NCBI GenBank assembly: GCA_002189035.1
Contig: NEEC01000009.1
Location: 434,001 to 498,000, forward strand
From: Utricularia gibba
Taxonomy: Eukaryota; Plantae; Magnoliophyta
Length of the DNA: 64,000 bases
Direction: 5' to 3'
The notes below the pieces were generated by a model, which searched no databases, was not told where the DNA came from, and saw only the letters and a program-made list of their open reading frames with translations. The position numbers and the translations under genes are program-made. This document shows, in pieces, positions 60,801 through 64,000 of this stretch (the first letter of the stretch is position 1; each line of letters opens with the position of its first letter).

Positions 60801-61278
60801 CCCTCATGGAAATCTAAAGCCCACGAATATACTCTTGGCCGGCTCCGAGTACAATGTCTGTCTCTCCGACTACGGCCTCCACCGTCTGATGACGCCATCA
60901 GGAGTAGGTGAGCAGATCCTGAACTTAGGGGCACTTGGTTACCGAGCTCCTGAACTTGCCAGTGCAGCCAAACCCATCCCTACCGTGAAGAGCGATGTAT
61001 ATGCATTGGGTGTGATCTTGATGGAACTTTTAACCCGAAGGAGTGCTGGTGACATCATTTCTGGTCAATCAGGTGCCGTTGATCTCACTGACTGGGTTCG
61101 ACTTTGCGATCAAGAAGGGCGTGTGATGGACTGTTTTGATCGAGATATAGCTGCAGGGGAAGAGCCATCAAGAGCCATGAACGAAATGCTGGTAGTTTCA
61201 CTGAGGTGCATTCTTCCTGTAAACGATCGGCCGAGCATCCGACAGGTTGTTGACGAGCTGAGCGCCATAACCCTGTGA
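57879..61278 (+). CDS. SIRK1: LRR receptor-like kinase, SIRK1 (At5g10020)-like; join(57879-58827, 58975-60626, 60701-61278); apparent -1 frameshift at 59060-59063
   Basis: Signal peptide; EVRSLLEFRRGI; LDRLGLVGELKFSTL; many LRRs; TM segment; LDVYSPDRLAGELLFLD; APAEVLGRSSHGTLYKATL; PHGNLKPTNILL; SDYGLHRLMT. Confidence 0.93.
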
Positions 61279-61525
61279 AGAAGTTTTGTTGTACATGTTG
61301 GTTGTGAAAAGAGGAAACTGATTCTTTGCCGTTGAGCGGCTGGTTCTCTTCCATTTGTTGTTCTCTTTGTCCCTGACTTAAGTGTCCATCCCTGCCTTCA
61401 AGTTTTTGCATGTGAAGGTCCGGGTGGGCTGCCAAGTGATTGACAATGAGCCCTGCTTTCCCTCTCATTTCTCATTCATGATATGTAAAGTAGTTCATTG
61501 CTCTATCCATTGTTCATTCTTAAGT

Positions 61526-62932
61526 TTATTCCTCGCCATCATTTTGTGATGGATGCAGTCTTTCCATGGTCAGTGTAGTCAGGTTAGATCCTCTGGCAGA
61601 AGTGGCACACTTCTTGGCCATGTCTTTAAGACAGAGGAGAGCCGGAAGGAGGTCCAAAATTGTCATTGCCACTGAGTGATACTCGTGAGTTCTGTTGTCA
61701 GAATCACTATCTTGAGTTCCACTGAGTTCTCGCTGCTCCGCCACCTCAGCCAGCGAGGTTGCTTTCCTAGGGAGGGATTCTTTCCTCATGGCCGAATGAT
61801 GAAATCTGCGTAATCCCATTTGCAGCTTGCTAACACAAGGAAATGAGGATGGGCTTGCCAACCAGTGGCGTGGTCTATCATTAGAGTACTCCAACCAGCT
61901 GATTTCCATCCATTCCGACCTCAGTATCTCACAATGCACATAAAAGCAGCCAACTGCCTGCACAATACGCACAGAGGCTGGGTTTCACTGTTTCCAAGTT
62001 TTGATTCATGTTCACCATGAGCAGAAAACATTCTGTTGGAATTGAAAGATCACTCTGCACACATGTGGTGCCCAAACATGCACTGAGGAATGCGTCAGTT
62101 GATTTAATTGTAGGTGCTTATGTAATATAGCCAGATAAGCCACCAGGTTTACACCTGGTCTCCTCAGGGCCCGGCACCACTTCACTTCCAGCCAGCTATG
62201 GAGCAAACACCCACTTCAAATTGTTGGCATATTTCCTTACATCATCTCCTTCAACTTGCACGCTGAAAAACGGGGCTTTCTGAAGTAGAAAACAAGTGAT
62301 TCAACCTCCTGTGTTACGGCAAACGAGAGCAGAAATGCAACTCCCCGGCTTTGCTGTTTTGAACTTGGAAGCAATGAGAAAATGTGGTCTTTTATTCATC
62401 AAAACCGTACATCCTTTGTATACAACAAAATGAATTCAAAACAAACGCATTTGCAGTAACTAGCAAAAAGAAAACGACAGACAACCCACGATTTCCACAA
62501 GAAACGGAATTACAGCAACAGACAACAGATTTTGAGCAGCACCATCCGCAGAACAGGGGAAGCGGCGGAGCAGGGGCCTCCCCTGTTGTCTAGCCACCCA
62601 TTTGATAATAATACATCACATAATGAATGCATCTTCCTCAGCAATTAACGCCAGGGCTCTTTAATTAATTTTTGTGGTTCACCCACCAACAACAGAGAGC
62701 TTCTTTCAGTTCCAAAAAGCAATGCAGCACGAGGAAGATCGACCAAAAAGCAGGTTTACACACCAAAAAGAGCAAAGACTTGTCAAGACTGTCGGCTTAC
62801 CAATTCCAGTAGAGCGCTACAGCCAAACAGAAGAAGAATCTCACATTGAGATGAGAACCGGAAATCCGCCGGGACCCGAAACTCAGACGACAAACACCCG
62901 TCCACGGGGAGACTCATGCGTGATCTTTCCAT
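61526..62932 (-). pseudogene. Possible decayed multi-exon gene of unknown family (Cys/His-rich remnant)
   Basis: ATG at 62932 and several good splice sites (TTG/GTAAG, CTTCAG/, TGTTAG/). Segments KAPFF...KWVFAP*, CMFGHHMCAE*, PLCVLCRQLAAFMC. No consistent open frame. Confidence 0.25.
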
Positions 62933-63401
62933 TGTCAGCTCCGACTCCGAGGTTACCAGATGTTTTCGAGTCGCGTTTAGGCCTCTCGACAATACCCTAA
63001 TTTTTCTAAAAGATGACCTTCGACTCCGCATGCAACGAAGAAGACGAAGATGAAGAGCACGTAGGATATTATTTACATAGAGCCCCCTTAATTCCATCAT
63101 AATCACAGATCAGTCCTTCAAAATCTTCATTATTCTCTTGCACCCACTTAACTCAGTTTAGGGGGGTAAATTAGAATAATAATTAATAGTGGCCAACCCA
63201 AATTAATAAGCCCTTTAATCCTGTTGTGGTTAACCTAAGTTGCACCTTGTAGTTGTAGGTACACCCACCACCTCACCTTTCGCCAACCCTCTCTATACCT
63301 AGTTAGAGTACTCAACTCTTTTTTTTTTTTAATATATTCACTAAAAAATATCAAAAAAAAAAAGATTGGTCATAACCTCAATATCAAACTAGTATAAAAA
63401 A

Positions 63402-63609
63402 GAGGAGTTCATTTGAGAAATGACCATCTCTTTTCTACCATATTCAAGAAATAGTCTTCTCAAAAAACTTTTGACATGTTAGTGAATTTTAAATTTTATG
63501 CATTTTTTTAAATTGAAATATTAAAGATGGTAATTTCTATAAATTTTTGAGAGAATGACCATTTCTAAAATATGATAGAATAGAGATGATCATTTTTCAT
63601 ATAGACCTC
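63402..63609. mobile_element. MITE-like element (~208 bp) with ~60-bp imperfect terminal inverted repeats
   Basis: GAGG...GAAATGACCATCTCTTTTCTACCATATT vs the reverse complement of AATATGATAGAATAGAGATGATCATTTTTC...CCTC; AT-rich core. Confidence 0.65.
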
Positions 63610-64000
63610 TCAAAAAATAGCAAGCACAAGCAATATTGATGCTTCATGAAAATAGTAAAAATTCTTCTCGTGTAAATATCACATATTTAGTTTTCTTATT
63701 TTTCGGGTCATCAATCTTTGTGTTTTTTTTTTTTTACTTCTCATTAACAAGAACAAAACTTTAAATAGTATTAGCAACAATTTTTTGTGATTCATTTTAT
63801 ATGAAACTACCAAAATACCCATAACTTCTACATCAAATGATAATGGAAGGGAAATATTTTTTTTGGAGTAGGAGGTGTAATAGTGTCTTTTTGGTGACAT
63901 GAGATTGATGAAGCCTATATAGAAGATGCATTTGTATTTTGATACAAGTCATGCATTAGATAACAAAAATTTTCAAGATATCTAATCTATGGTACTACTC

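Noticed and set aside
60775-60880. SIRK1 kinase has HGN in place of HRD and DYG in place of DFG
   Set aside because: This is a normal feature of this LRR-RLK subfamily, not a novelty of this copy.

Overview
Gene-dense eudicot nuclear DNA (species not determinable from the sequence). There is no rRNA, tRNA or CRISPR array. Bases 598-8903 are a decayed Ty1/copia LTR retrotransposon with a perfect GATAT target-site duplication and a tRNA-Trp-type primer binding site. Two elements are nested inside it: a truncated Athila (Ty3/gypsy) element and a non-autonomous hAT element. The copia sits between a small orphan ORF and a CMC1 gene. Host genes in order: CMC1, SWEETIE/HEATR5 (~47 exons), LBD40/41, sterol C5-desaturase (STE1/DWF7), RELCH/KIAA1468 (two U12 introns, one AT-AC), PMI2-like WEB protein, a PB1-domain protein, a MIR157 locus, an EFM4/METTL10-type methyltransferase, a trihelix factor, a single-repeat R3-MYB, an ARM-repeat gene and SIRK1-like LRR-RLK. 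The MIR157 locus has a second, degenerate miR156-type hairpin ~180 bp downstream. The ARM gene is decaying and abuts an NDUFB8 pseudogene fragment. Several unassigned decayed-gene islands are also present. Three genes each carry a single-base loss in a G/C homopolymer, which looks like a systematic assembly error. All family assignments are by recognition from memory; no database search was run.
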